Below, one piece after another: positions 49,628-58,040 of a DNA stretch of 59,671 nt. Origin of the DNA: a virus (taxonomy: Duplodnaviria > Caudoviricetes); the IMG/VR virus record IMGVR_UViG_3300032311_000698, positions 1-59,671 of that record. One strand, written 5' to 3'. Position 1 is the stretch's first letter, and the number at the start of each line of letters is the position of its first letter. Under the pieces are notes generated by a model. That model ran no database searches and was not told the DNA's origin. It saw only the letters and a list, made by a program, of their open reading frames with translations. Position numbers and translations under genes: made by a program.

Positions 49628-49999
49628 TCAATCGTCGGCCATCCCGAACGCGTCCATGTAGAGGCGCAGCGGGATGGCATGACAGATACGATCAACAGCG
49701 GCACGGCAATCTTGCTGGGCCTTCACTTCTATCGCGACAAAGCCAATCTTATCTAGCATTTCAACAAACCAGTTTTGGTTTGCCAGCTTCGACAGCTTGG
49801 CACATGTGCTGTGGGTCGTGCTTGTGACGCGATTAACGACGACGGCAATCTCTGCATAGGTCATACCGGAATCCCGCATCGCGTACATGGCGACCTGTCG
49901 CCACGCGGTGGGTTCCTTTTTCCTGCTGGTTAATATCTCAACGCACGGCAGGCGCGATGCCTTCGATGCCGACTTAATTATAGGGTGGTGTGCTTTCAT
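49628..49999 (-). CDS. DnaA domain IV-like HTH protein
   Basis: SRKKEPTAWRQVAMYAMR..GMTYAEIA...NRVTST resembles the DnaA C-terminal RQxAMYLxR...EIG...RDHST signature. Confidence 0.65.
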   Translation of the reverse strand: MKAHHPIIKSASKASRLPCVEILTSRKKEPTAWRQVAMYAMRDSGMTYAEIAVVVNRVTSTTHSTCAKLSKLANQNWFVEMLDKIGFVAIEVKAQQDCRAAVDRICHAIPLRLYMDAFGMADD

Positions 50000-50032
50000 A
50001 TTGTTTCAGTCTTCATTGGTTATGCGAATCTG

Positions 50033-50308
50033 TTACTCGGAAAAGTTGCTAGTCACATATAGGATAGCTTTGTCCACCGATTTGAGGAAGTTCGCGGTAT
50101 CCCCCCAGTCCTCTTCAAGCTCCGGATCCAGAATGGAGTAGACGATAGCGCGTGCGAATGCGTCCCTTGTTCCGGAGAGATGGAGCTTTGTCGATCGGCT
50201 CGACATCGACGGAGTGAAGGCGATGACTGCCCATCCGTTGGTTTCTTTGCGGGCCTTGATCTCGACTGGTTGGTTATCGATCTCGATGATAGTCTGTGTA
50301 GGATTCAT
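50033..50308 (-). CDS. Hypothetical early protein
   Basis: 91-aa ORF with an A/C-rich leader. Confidence 0.55.
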   Translation of the reverse strand: MNPTQTIIEIDNQPVEIKARKETNGWAVIAFTPSMSSRSTKLHLSGTRDAFARAIVYSILDPELEEDWGDTANFLKSVDKAILYVTSNFSE

Positions 50309-50338
50309 GGTTAAGTATTGTGGTTGGTGGTTGGTGGT

Positions 50339-50494
50339 TCAGAATGAGACGGCGAGTATGGTTATGATTGCGACAAGCGCGAGTGACCACAGGATAGCAA
50401 GTGACAACGCCTTGGCCGGACTGGAGTAGTCCTGCTCTGTTGGTATGTACAGGGCTGGACTTCTCTTGGCTTTGTCGTTTTCGTCTTGACTCAT
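50339..50494 (-). CDS. Small protein with C-terminal TM helix
   Basis: MSQDENDK...LAILWSLALVAIITILAVSF; upstream TTGCCA-17-CACAAT promoter. Confidence 0.5.
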   Translation of the reverse strand: MSQDENDKAKRSPALYIPTEQDYSSPAKALSLAILWSLALVAIITILAVSF

Positions 50495-50566
50495 TGTTGG
50501 TTGAGGGTTTGGGTTTGAGATATTGTGTAAGATTATTTTCGGTTTGGCAAGCATGGTATTAGGGGG

Positions 50567-50836
50567 TTAGTGGTTTAGGATTGCGTGGAATGCCAGCAGG
50601 ATCATGGCCTTTCGTTTGGCCGGAACCATGTCCAGATTCAATTCTATCTTGGATCTATGGGCCGCGCCTATCTGTCTGAATAGCTTAATGAATAGCGGGT
50701 CAGACGGCAACGGCTCATGATCTGGATAGCCAAGCTGGATTCGGACGGCGGAATCAAATTCCTTCTGCCACTCTAGCTCTGCCTTCTGTTTGGCCATGAT
50801 GTTGCGGGCGATCGTGTTTGCAAGTTCGTTGCTCAT
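50567..50836 (-). CDS. Hypothetical early protein
   Basis: 89-aa ORF. Confidence 0.55.
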   Translation of the reverse strand: MSNELANTIARNIMAKQKAELEWQKEFDSAVRIQLGYPDHEPLPSDPLFIKLFRQIGAAHRSKIELNLDMVPAKRKAMILLAFHAILNH

Positions 50837-51138
50837 GGTTCTATGGGGTAGATAGGTTGTCGTCGTCGTTCGATGTCACGATGTAGATCACCAGCATGAG
50901 GACGCCGAACGATATTAATGCAGGGACTGCTTCGGTAATTGATTCGATGTCGAGTGTCATATGCCTCTGGTTCTATGGTTAAGGATTCGGGATACAGCGT
51001 GCAGGATTCCGGATAGGGGTTTCAGTCTGCGTTGCCATTGCTGTTGCCGTTCGTGCCGTTGGCGTAGGCCGTCGATGATTGCGAGTGTCAGATGGACATC
51101 GCGCCCGATTGTTATGTGGTTGGTACTCATATTGTTTA

Positions 51139-51348
51139 TTAGTATTGGAAGTTAGGGGAGCAGTAGCGAATCTTGTAGTCGGTGACCGACATGATCTCAT
51201 GTTCAAAGGTAAGCTCTGGCTCTTTGCTTTGCTTCCAGTCGATGAAGTCTGACATCTCTTTGTCGGCGGCGAAGAATACATTCCTTGAATTGTCAGACCA
51301 TGTAAGGACAATGACATTCACTTTGTCTGCGTAGATTCTTGGAGTCAT
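51139..51348 (-). CDS. Hypothetical early protein
   Basis: 69-aa ORF, ATGA overlap. Confidence 0.5.
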   Translation of the reverse strand: MTPRIYADKVNVIVLTWSDNSRNVFFAADKEMSDFIDWKQSKEPELTFEHEIMSVTDYKIRYCSPNFQY

Positions 51349-51605
51349 GGTACGATGTGGTTAGGTTGATCGAAGCCAACGACAAGGGTCGGAGGTTCCG
51401 GTTGTGGCTGTGCATCGAGCGTCGCTTGGGCCAACTGCTTGCACTCATCGAGCGAGTCGAGCAGTCGGTCGCTGACTGGGCGGTCGTTGAAGAACAACCG
51501 CCAGCCCCACTTCGGCTTGCCGCTTCTGGTAGCTATTGCCACCCGTTCAAATTCAAAGCGTCCGCATTGGGATAGGTATCCGATCTCGTTTCTTTTAAGT
51601 TTCAT
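51345..51605 (-). CDS. Hypothetical early protein
   Basis: 86-aa ORF. Confidence 0.55.
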   Translation of the reverse strand: MKLKRNEIGYLSQCGRFEFERVAIATRSGKPKWGWRLFFNDRPVSDRLLDSLDECKQLAQATLDAQPQPEPPTLVVGFDQPNHIVP

Positions 51606-51614
51606 GGTATCGAG

Positions 51615-52133
51615 TTAGTTAAATTCTTTGAGGAGTTGCTCGTCGCTCTTTCTGGTGTAGAGGAAGGTTTGGCTGTAGCTTACCCACACTCCGTCTCTCT
51701 TGCCTTCCTCATGGCGGAGGGTCAGACCTTCGTACTTGTCGAAGTCGCCGCCGAACGCCTCTGCTGGAATGATGCGGGCGGGAAACTTGTTCGCGGACTT
51801 TCCAATCTGCTTGACCTTATGCTCGATGACAACGCGCCGAATAGGGGCGGCGTGATTCTCCTTGGTGAAATCCACAAAGGCGTGGGCCAGTCCTTCGATG
51901 AGGTCATCGAGTTCTTGGAACACATCGGTCATCGGACTGCATGAGACATCAAGGTATCGTTCGATCGGATCCCATATCACCAGCTCTTGCTGGTCGGAGA
52001 TGGCCCGCTTGTCGCCGCCGTCGATGTCGGCGAGTACCGCGTTTCGGATCCGGCTCCCACTCCAGTCGTCATGGCATGACGATAGGAAGAATGTGCTGGC
52101 GAGTTTGTATGCGTTATCAAATAGCGTATTCAT
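51615..52133 (-). CDS. Hypothetical early protein
   Basis: 172-aa ORF with an A/C-rich leader. Confidence 0.6.
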   Translation of the reverse strand: MNTLFDNAYKLASTFFLSSCHDDWSGSRIRNAVLADIDGGDKRAISDQQELVIWDPIERYLDVSCSPMTDVFQELDDLIEGLAHAFVDFTKENHAAPIRRVVIEHKVKQIGKSANKFPARIIPAEAFGGDFDKYEGLTLRHEEGKRDGVWVSYSQTFLYTRKSDEQLLKEFN

Positions 52134-52201
52134 ATGTTTGTCTTTCTGTTTGTATTTGTAGTTTGTTCCGCGTGATCGGATGCGCGGCCCCCGTTTGTTT
52201 G

Positions 52202-53653
52202 TCAGCGGTGGGTGAATGATACCACCTCACCGAAGGTGTATGGCTTGGCAATGTCTGTGCCGTAGTCGAGCCAGAGAACCGGAGCTTGCGGCTGGCGCAC
52301 GCTGTCCCAATCATACGCCTCGCCATCGGTGAGGTACACGATGCCGTCAACCTCCGGAGCATTGGCTTCGATCCAGTCGAAGGCTGGCTGGAACGCTGTG
52401 CCGCCGCCGCCCTTGAGTGTCGGTGGGATCACATCTCCGGCAAAGTATTCGTCGGCCTGTTGCACGCGCCAGTCGCACGCGATGAGGTGAACGCTGGACA
52501 CTTGCCCTTCGTCGAGCGCGTGTTGGACTTCGCCAAGCATCTCGATCAGCAGGGACTGCGGCACGCTGATGCTGGTGTCAATCACCACCGCCACGCTGTT
52601 GAGCGCACGGCGTTGGCGGCCAGCCGCGATCACGCCAGTCGAGAGGAACACCGGAGCGTTCAGCGGTGCTTCCCATCCGTTGCGGTTGGAGCTGGTGAGG
52701 AACTGGCGGAGGTGCGCGGCCCAGTCGGTTCCGGTTCCCTTGTGGCGGAGCTTGTCGATCGTGCGGTTCTGACCGCCACCACCGATTCCGGCGCGTGCGT
52801 TGATCGCGTCTTCAAGCATCTGCCTCTCGTTGTCCGACTCGATCTCGCGTTCAATATCGTCAATCGACTCGCCCGCTCCGGCTTCCGGCTCGGCCAGATC
52901 ATCGCCGCCACCGCCGACCCAATCCTTGCCAAGGATGTCGGAGTCAGATTGCTTGCCGCCAGCTTCGCCGTCCGCGCCGCCATCGTCGTCCTGCTGATCG
53001 CTGTCACCGCCAGTCCCTTCGGCATCGGCATCGCCATCGTCGTCCTGCTGATCGCTGTCACCGCCAGTCCCTTCGGCATCGGCACCGCCATCACCATCGC
53101 CATCGTCGTCCGCGCCATCGTCTTGCGGCTGTGGCTGTGGCTGTGGCTGTGGCTGTGGCTCCGGCCCGTCTTGCTCGCCATCTGGCTTCATGATCCGCTG
53201 GTAGACTTCCTCTGCGCTGAAGTCGGCGGATACCGACTCGTCGAACAGGATGCCCTCGATGAAGGGGAAAGGCACGAAGCCGTGTGCCGTGTTGACTTCG
53301 GTGTTACGCGCCTTGATCAGCGCGTTGATCACATAGTCAGCCGCAATGTTCGCGGTCTTGGCATCGGCCAAGAGGCGGAGCCGGAGCGCGTGGTTCAAGA
53401 GCGCGTGCAAAGCCTCATGCACCAGAAGGAAAGCGGTGAGGCCGACCGGATCGCTTGTCTTGTCGAGCTTGGCAAGGCCAGCCGGATTGAGCAAGAGGCG
53501 GCGTCCATCGGTCGCGCCGTAGGAAGTGGCATCGGTCGCCTCCCAACGGAGGGCGAGGAGCTTGCCGTAGGCGAGCGGCCAATGCTGGGAGACGCGGCGC
53601 ATCGCGGCGGAGAGGGTGGGTGTGTGGTCGGTGTTCATGGTTTCAGTCTTCAT
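52202..53653 (-). CDS. Metallopeptidase-like (DUF2201-type) + vWA domain protein
   Basis: ATDG, HEALHALLNH, NIAADYVIN; acidic repeat linker; MIDAS DTSIS, GGGTAF, YLTDG. Confidence 0.85.
   Translation of the reverse strand: MKTETMNTDHTPTLSAAMRRVSQHWPLAYGKLLALRWEATDATSYGATDGRRLLLNPAGLAKLDKTSDPVGLTAFLLVHEALHALLNHALRLRLLADAKTANIAADYVINALIKARNTEVNTAHGFVPFPFIEGILFDESVSADFSAEEVYQRIMKPDGEQDGPEPQPQPQPQPQPQDDGADDDGDGDGGADAEGTGGDSDQQDDDGDADAEGTGGDSDQQDDDGGADGEAGGKQSDSDILGKDWVGGGGDDLAEPEAGAGESIDDIEREIESDNERQMLEDAINARAGIGGGGQNRTIDKLRHKGTGTDWAAHLRQFLTSSNRNGWEAPLNAPVFLSTGVIAAGRQRRALNSVAVVIDTSISVPQSLLIEMLGEVQHALDEGQVSSVHLIACDWRVQQADEYFAGDVIPPTLKGGGGTAFQPAFDWIEANAPEVDGIVYLTDGEAYDWDSVRQPQAPVLWLDYGTDIAKPYTFGEVVSFTHR
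52978..53160. repeat. 53-bp direct repeat (period 54) plus (GGCTGT)n microsatellite in the vWA gene linker
   Basis: 52978-53030 = 53032-53084; PQ repeat at 53127-53160. Confidence 0.85.
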
Positions 53654-53666
53654 TGGTTACGGGTTC

Positions 53667-53695
53667 AAGTTACAGGGTACAGGATGGGGTGTCAA
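53667..53695 (-). promoter_or_regulatory. sigma70-type promoter for the vWA gene
   Basis: TTGACA - 17 nt - TAACTT; ATG follows 13 nt later. Confidence 0.65.
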
Positions 53696-53733
53696 ACTAT
53701 TTTCTTTTATTAAGTTCGACACCCCTTCCGATA

Positions 53734-54612
53734 TCAGATGCCCAAGTCGGCGAGGGTTTGCTCCGCCTTGCGGTGAGCCTCCGCGATGCGATCGGCGGCG
53801 GCGTCACGCTGGCCCTTGGTAAGGCTGGCGGCATCGGTCACATCCTCAACCGACTCGCGGAGAGACGCGACCAGCTTGTCAAGTTCGGGCAAGGCCAGCC
53901 AATTCTTCGCGGCGATGTCATCGGCGGCGGCGCGGATTTTATCGAACCGCTCTTGCCGGATCCGCTTGCCGTTGCGAACTTGCTCAACCGACTCGGCCAG
54001 ATTGGCAATGAGGTCGCGCACCGGATAGCCGTGGGCGGCGAGCAGGTCAGAGCGCACAGCCTGCTCCGACGATGCGCGGACACGGGCGGCGGTCTCGGCT
54101 GTTACCGATTCCAACAGCGTGCCAGCGATCGGCGCGGGTTGGCCAAGCCATGTGAGCGAGATCGTGAAGCGGTTGGCAAACTCTTCAGCGGTTGGCCATT
54201 CGACTTCCCATGCGAGCTGGCCAAGATCATTGCGAGCCGCCGCCACAAGGTGCGGCCACTCCGCCACGATGTCTTGCCGGATCGTGACCAGCTTGGCCAC
54301 GGCGTCATCGAAGATCTGCTGGACTGCGTCCACATCTTTCGCCTGCACATAGGACGCCCCCTCAATTGAAGGGCAAGGCAGGGCGTGCTTGCGGATCGCC
54401 GCTTGGGTGGTGTTGACCAGCGCGGCGGCGCGGCCAACGGCGGAGCCTTTGCGCTCGATGATAGTGGCACGCACGCGGGCCGACTTATTCGATGCGCCAT
54501 TGTCACGCGCCAGCTTGGCAGTCGCGCCCTTGTGGAGCGTGGAGGTTGAGGGCGCGGTGCTGGAAAGTTTTACAAGAACCAGCGAGTTGATTTGATTGAG
54601 GTTGGTTTGCAT
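53734..54612 (-). CDS. Helical protein of the AAA/vWA cluster (DUF3150-like)
   Basis: LVKLS N-terminus, ARNDLGQL...WPTAEEF..RF motif; located between the AAA and vWA genes. Confidence 0.55.
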   Translation of the reverse strand: MQTNLNQINSLVLVKLSSTAPSTSTLHKGATAKLARDNGASNKSARVRATIIERKGSAVGRAAALVNTTQAAIRKHALPCPSIEGASYVQAKDVDAVQQIFDDAVAKLVTIRQDIVAEWPHLVAAARNDLGQLAWEVEWPTAEEFANRFTISLTWLGQPAPIAGTLLESVTAETAARVRASSEQAVRSDLLAAHGYPVRDLIANLAESVEQVRNGKRIRQERFDKIRAAADDIAAKNWLALPELDKLVASLRESVEDVTDAASLTKGQRDAAADRIAEAHRKAEQTLADLGI

Positions 54613-54647
54613 AATTTTTATTTTCTATTTCAATTTGGGGTGGGGTT

Positions 54648-54725
54648 GCCGCCACTTTACAGGCGGGCGGCGTGCCGTCAATGTTATTTTCTTGGATGCC
54701 CTATCTGTTAGTGCGGGCCGCACTA
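54648..54725 (-). promoter_or_regulatory. Early promoter + upstream stem-loop cassette, copy 1
   Basis: 44 bp (54648-54691) identical to 55850-55893: TTGACG-16-TAAAGT; palindrome TAGTGCG-GGC-CGCACTA at 54709-54725. Confidence 0.8.
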
Positions 54726-54731
54726 GTGGAA

Positions 54732-55811
54732 TCACACGCCTTGCATTTGCTGGCGGCGTGGGTGCTGATCGAGCGGCAAGCCACAGCGGAGCGCGGTGGC
54801 ATAGCCGTAGGCGCGGATCTCTCCGCGAGCGGGCAGGAGGATCCGTTCGACCAGCCAGTCGAGCGCACCGCTTGCAACGGCCACCGCCGGATCAGCGGCA
54901 GTCTCTCGCTTCGCGATGCGGAGCGCGGCGTGGGTCAGGGCCTGTTGGCTTGCCGGATCGGCGGGCATATCTTCCGCGCCGGAGCGGATCGCGTTGAGCT
55001 TCGGCATGAGGTCGCCGACCAGCTTGATGAAGGCGTAGGCGGCACGGCCAGCGGCCTCACCGACGAAGCCCTCCAACACAAGCGCGGCCAGCCTATCGTC
55101 GAGCTGGTCATCGAGCATCGCACGGCACGCCGCTTCCCATGAGCGCGGAGTCGGGTGCGGCGATCCGTCCCAAGGCTGTGGAATGTCCGGTGAGAAGTGA
55201 TCGACGCCGTGTTGGTCTCCGCCTTGGAATTTCAAAAAGGTGAAGATCGGCGATGCCGCCAGCCCTTCGCCTGCCGCCCAGTCGAGCCAGTCATCGAGGG
55301 TAGGCTCGACCGCGTAGCTGGCACAGCGGCTGACAAGCGGAGCGGTTGGCACAGCGGAGCGTGCCCCATCGGATCGGCGGTTTCCGGTGATCATGATCTT
55401 GACATTCCGGCCAAGCTCATGCACGCCGATCTTGGGCGGGCCGCCATCGGTATTGAAGAGCGAACGGCACAGCGACTGAATCGATGAATCCCATTCCGGA
55501 AACTCATCGAGCACCAGCAGGACGCGCTTGTCACCGACCCGCTTTGCGGTGGGCCATTGCTCCGGCTCGATGAAGTAGCCCTCGCGAGATTCGAGAACCG
55601 GAACGAGATAGCCAACCGCATCTTGCGGGAGGGATCCGGATAGGTTCACCACCGCGACTTCATCAAAGCCAAGGGCTGGCGCAATGGTGTTGGCGGCGAT
55701 GCTAGTTTTGCCGACTCCGCCTTTGCCGTAGATGGCGAAGAAGCGGTTCGATGCGAATGCGATACGGGCGATGTCAGCGGCTTGGCTGATTTTGATTTGG
55801 GGCAGTTTCAT
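54732..55811 (-). CDS. MoxR/dynein-related AAA+ ATPase
   Basis: GKGGVGKT, LVLDE, TGNR, PLVSR, PTPRSWE. Confidence 0.85.
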   Translation of the reverse strand: MKLPQIKISQAADIARIAFASNRFFAIYGKGGVGKTSIAANTIAPALGFDEVAVVNLSGSLPQDAVGYLVPVLESREGYFIEPEQWPTAKRVGDKRVLLVLDEFPEWDSSIQSLCRSLFNTDGGPPKIGVHELGRNVKIMITGNRRSDGARSAVPTAPLVSRCASYAVEPTLDDWLDWAAGEGLAASPIFTFLKFQGGDQHGVDHFSPDIPQPWDGSPHPTPRSWEAACRAMLDDQLDDRLAALVLEGFVGEAAGRAAYAFIKLVGDLMPKLNAIRSGAEDMPADPASQQALTHAALRIAKRETAADPAVAVASGALDWLVERILLPARGEIRAYGYATALRCGLPLDQHPRRQQMQGV

Positions 55812-55849
55812 GTTTCAGTGTTTGTTGGGGTTGGTATTGGATTGGGTGA

Positions 55850-55927
55850 GCCGCCACTTTACAGGCGGGCGGCGTGCCGTCAATGTTATTTTCCAAGATT
55901 CTTTTTCCGTTAGTGCGGGCCGCACTA
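55850..55927 (-). promoter_or_regulatory. Early promoter + upstream stem-loop cassette, copy 2
   Basis: Same 44-bp promoter and the same palindrome (55911-55927), both offset by 1202 bp from copy 1. Confidence 0.8.
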
Positions 55928-56353
55928 GCAAGCGATCATTGACTCATGCGCTCCGGCAAAGGAGCCGGATCCAAGTCGGGCGAAGTCGATGCGGCCAGTC
56001 CGTAAGAAAGCCACAAGTTCGCGGTGTCCGATGTAGGTGAAACAGCCCGACTCGAAAACGATTTCGACATGTTCGCCGCAATCGAATGCGCTGAAGATGA
56101 TTTCCGGCGTTTCATGGTGCGGTGATCCATGCTCAACTTTCATGCCGCGTGTGGCGGCGTTAAAGTCGGGGGCATCGGGCATCGCGGCGTCGATAAATGC
56201 GACCTGCTCGTGGCGGGCGGCGTCCATCTCGGCGAGTAGGGCGAGCGCGGCTTGCAAGTCATCATCCGCCGCCATCGGGTGAGTGATGGCGCGAAGCGCG
56301 GCGAGCATTTCCGGCGCGAAGTCGGCCAGCGTTTTCGGTGTGTCGTTTTTCAT
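55925..56353 (-). CDS. Hypothetical early protein
   Basis: MKNDTPK..APEMLAALR, an APxLLxAL-type motif common in small phage early proteins. Confidence 0.55.
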   Translation of the reverse strand: MKNDTPKTLADFAPEMLAALRAITHPMAADDDLQAALALLAEMDAARHEQVAFIDAAMPDAPDFNAATRGMKVEHGSPHHETPEIIFSAFDCGEHVEIVFESGCFTYIGHRELVAFLRTGRIDFARLGSGSFAGAHESMIAC

Positions 56354-56532
56354 GTTATAGGATTGCGTTGGTGATTGAGTAAGCCACAAGCCAAATGGCG
56401 GCGGCGGTTGCGATGGTGGTGGTGATCACTTGCACATCACTCCAGCGGAGGATCGAGTGCGAGCGGCGGCGGTTGCGGTTTGTCGGCGGTTTCGGGTTCA
56501 TGGTTCTGGTATCGTGGTTCATGGTTCAAGAT

Positions 56533-56760
56533 TCAGCGAATGAGGCCGAAGCCTTTAGTCTCTTCATGGGTTAGCAGAATGCCAAATTTCCATTGCCGCT
56601 TCTGCTCCGGCGTTGCCCATCGGCCAAAGCACACCCATCGGTGACGCTTGCCACTTGCGGGCGTGGGGATGTTCCAAGCCGGAGCGGTGCGTGTTCCTGC
56701 TGGGATGTGGATAGTCGCGCCGGAAATGTCGGCGATGGTGATGCGTGTCGCGGTCTTCAT
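56533..56760 (-). CDS. Hypothetical early protein
   Basis: 75-aa ORF. Confidence 0.5.
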   Translation of the reverse strand: MKTATRITIADISGATIHIPAGTRTAPAWNIPTPASGKRHRWVCFGRWATPEQKRQWKFGILLTHEETKGFGLIR

Positions 56761-56794
56761 GATTTCAATTTGTGGGGTTGTGGGGTTGTGGGTT

Positions 56795-56823
56795 GCCCAC
56801 TAGTGCGGGTTGCACTAGTGGGC
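56795..56823. repeat. Stem-loop of the ACTAGTGC family, copy 3
   Basis: GCCCACTAGTGC-GGGTT-GCACTAGTGGGC. Confidence 0.85.
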
Positions 56824-56833
56824 GGGGAGTAAA

Positions 56834-57385
56834 TCAGCCGATGGTGGGTTCAATGAAATTCCACAAACGGCTTCGCGCATCGGTGAGTCCTGCAATTTCA
56901 AGAGCACCCGCGATGACTTCCAGCTCGATGCTGGCCAGCAAGGCGGCGAGCGTTTCAGCGGTGTGCTTTGTGCCGTCTTCAACAAGGCACTCGACTTCGT
57001 CGTCGTCGCCTTCGCCTTCGCCTTCGTCGTCGGCATCGGCCTCCGGCTTGGCGGGCTTGGGTTCGATGGCGGCGGTGAGCAGGGCATCAGCGGCTTTCAA
57101 ATGGCCAGCATCGGAACGCTTGCCGCGAAGGCGGATGCCACATTCATTCAGCGTGCGGCTGATAGTCGATGGCACACACGCCTCGCCGACCGATTCCTTC
57201 ACTATCGCGGAGATGTCCTTTTCGGAGATTTTTGCTTTGGCGAGGATCGCCACTTGTTCGCGGATCACCGATGCGATCGATGCTTTGGCTTGGACAATGG
57301 CGACGAGTGATGCGGTCGCGGCGGCGGTGATAGCGGCGGCGGCGGTTTCGATGGCGGCGGTTTGTGTGGCGGAGTATTCGTTCAT
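56834..57385 (-). CDS. First early gene; possible HTH DNA-binding protein
   Basis: Ala-rich N-terminus, VPSTISRTL..GIRLRGKRSDAG, acidic tract. Confidence 0.55.
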   Translation of the reverse strand: MNEYSATQTAAIETAAAAITAAATASLVAIVQAKASIASVIREQVAILAKAKISEKDISAIVKESVGEACVPSTISRTLNECGIRLRGKRSDAGHLKAADALLTAAIEPKPAKPEADADDEGEGEGDDDEVECLVEDGTKHTAETLAALLASIELEVIAGALEIAGLTDARSRLWNFIEPTIG

Positions 57386-57455
57386 GATTTCAGTATATTG
57401 GATTGTTGATCGGCACTTGTCTGGCAGGCCCCGCCGTTTGTCGATGTTCAACTAT

Positions 57456-57567
57456 CCATTGCAGGACAGCTTGTCGGCGGCTGTTCACCGCTGACAATTA
57501 CCCATTGCAGGACAGCTTGTCGGCGGCTGTTCACCGCTGACAATTACCCATTGCAGGACAGCTTGTC
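57456..57567. repeat. 46-bp tandem repeat x2.4 with internal hairpin
   Basis: Units start at 57456, 57502, 57548; TTGTCGGCGG-CTGTTCA-CCGCTGACAA stem. Confidence 0.9.
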
Positions 57568-57571
57568 AGCG

Positions 57572-57592
57572 ACTAGTGCGGGCCGCACTAGT
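57572..57592. repeat. Stem-loop of the ACTAGTGC family, copy 4
   Basis: ACTAGTGCG-GGC-CGCACTAGT. Confidence 0.85.
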
Positions 57593-57606
57593 GAGGCCGG
57601 ATCCGT

Positions 57607-57711
57607 GAGACAGGCAACCGGAGACAGGCAACCGGAGACGGGCAACCGGAGACGGACAACCGGATCCATGATCCATGATTCATGGCTCATGATTCATGGC
57701 TCATGATTCAT
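57607..57711. repeat. 14-mer x4 followed by heptamer x7 array
   Basis: GAGAC(A/G)G(G/A)CAACCG-type x4, then G(A/G)(T/C)(C/T)CAT x7. Confidence 0.9.
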
Positions 57712-57872
57712 GACGCAGGAAACCGGAAGCGGGGCCAAGCGGCATCGCGGCAAGGCCGACTCACCCGCTGGCTAGCAAAGCCGGAGGCCCGCACCCTGAT
57801 TCCGGATGCCTGATCCATGATTCACTATCCAACAAGTTACCAAACCGGAAAGGAAAAGCGGCGGGAAAGCCG

Positions 57873-57885
57873 TAAGCCGTTGATT
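57873..57885 (-). promoter_or_regulatory. IHF consensus site
   Basis: Minus strand AATCAACGGCTTA matches WATCAANNNNTTR; part of an imperfect palindrome. Confidence 0.45.
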
Positions 57886-58007
57886 TTCAATGGCTAGCCG
57901 ACTCCGTTTTACACACATTGTCACAAGTTTAGAGCCGACACGCCACCCGTCACTGGTCAGTTTTTCGTGAGAGACATATATGTATATATGCGTCTCTGAG
58001 AAAAAAT

Positions 58008-58035
58008 TTGACAATGGTCCGGCTTTGGCTAGTCT
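58008..58035 (+). promoter_or_regulatory. sigma70-type leaderless promoter
   Basis: TTGACA - 16 nt - TAGTCT; ATG 58041 follows 5 nt later. Confidence 0.6.
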
Positions 58036-58040
58036 TGGGC

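Noticed and set aside
56834-57385. RGKRSDAG motif as evidence of a Mu-like transposase
   Set aside because: The protein is short, has no DDE domain, and there are no transposon ends
57456-57567. 46-bp hairpin repeats as a mini-CRISPR array
   Set aside because: Units are contiguous and identical with no variable spacers; no cas operon (the Cas4-like gene is a typical phage replication nuclease)
57961-58006. AT-rich palindrome as a protelomerase (telRL) site
   Set aside because: The palindrome is imperfect and no protelomerase gene was recognised
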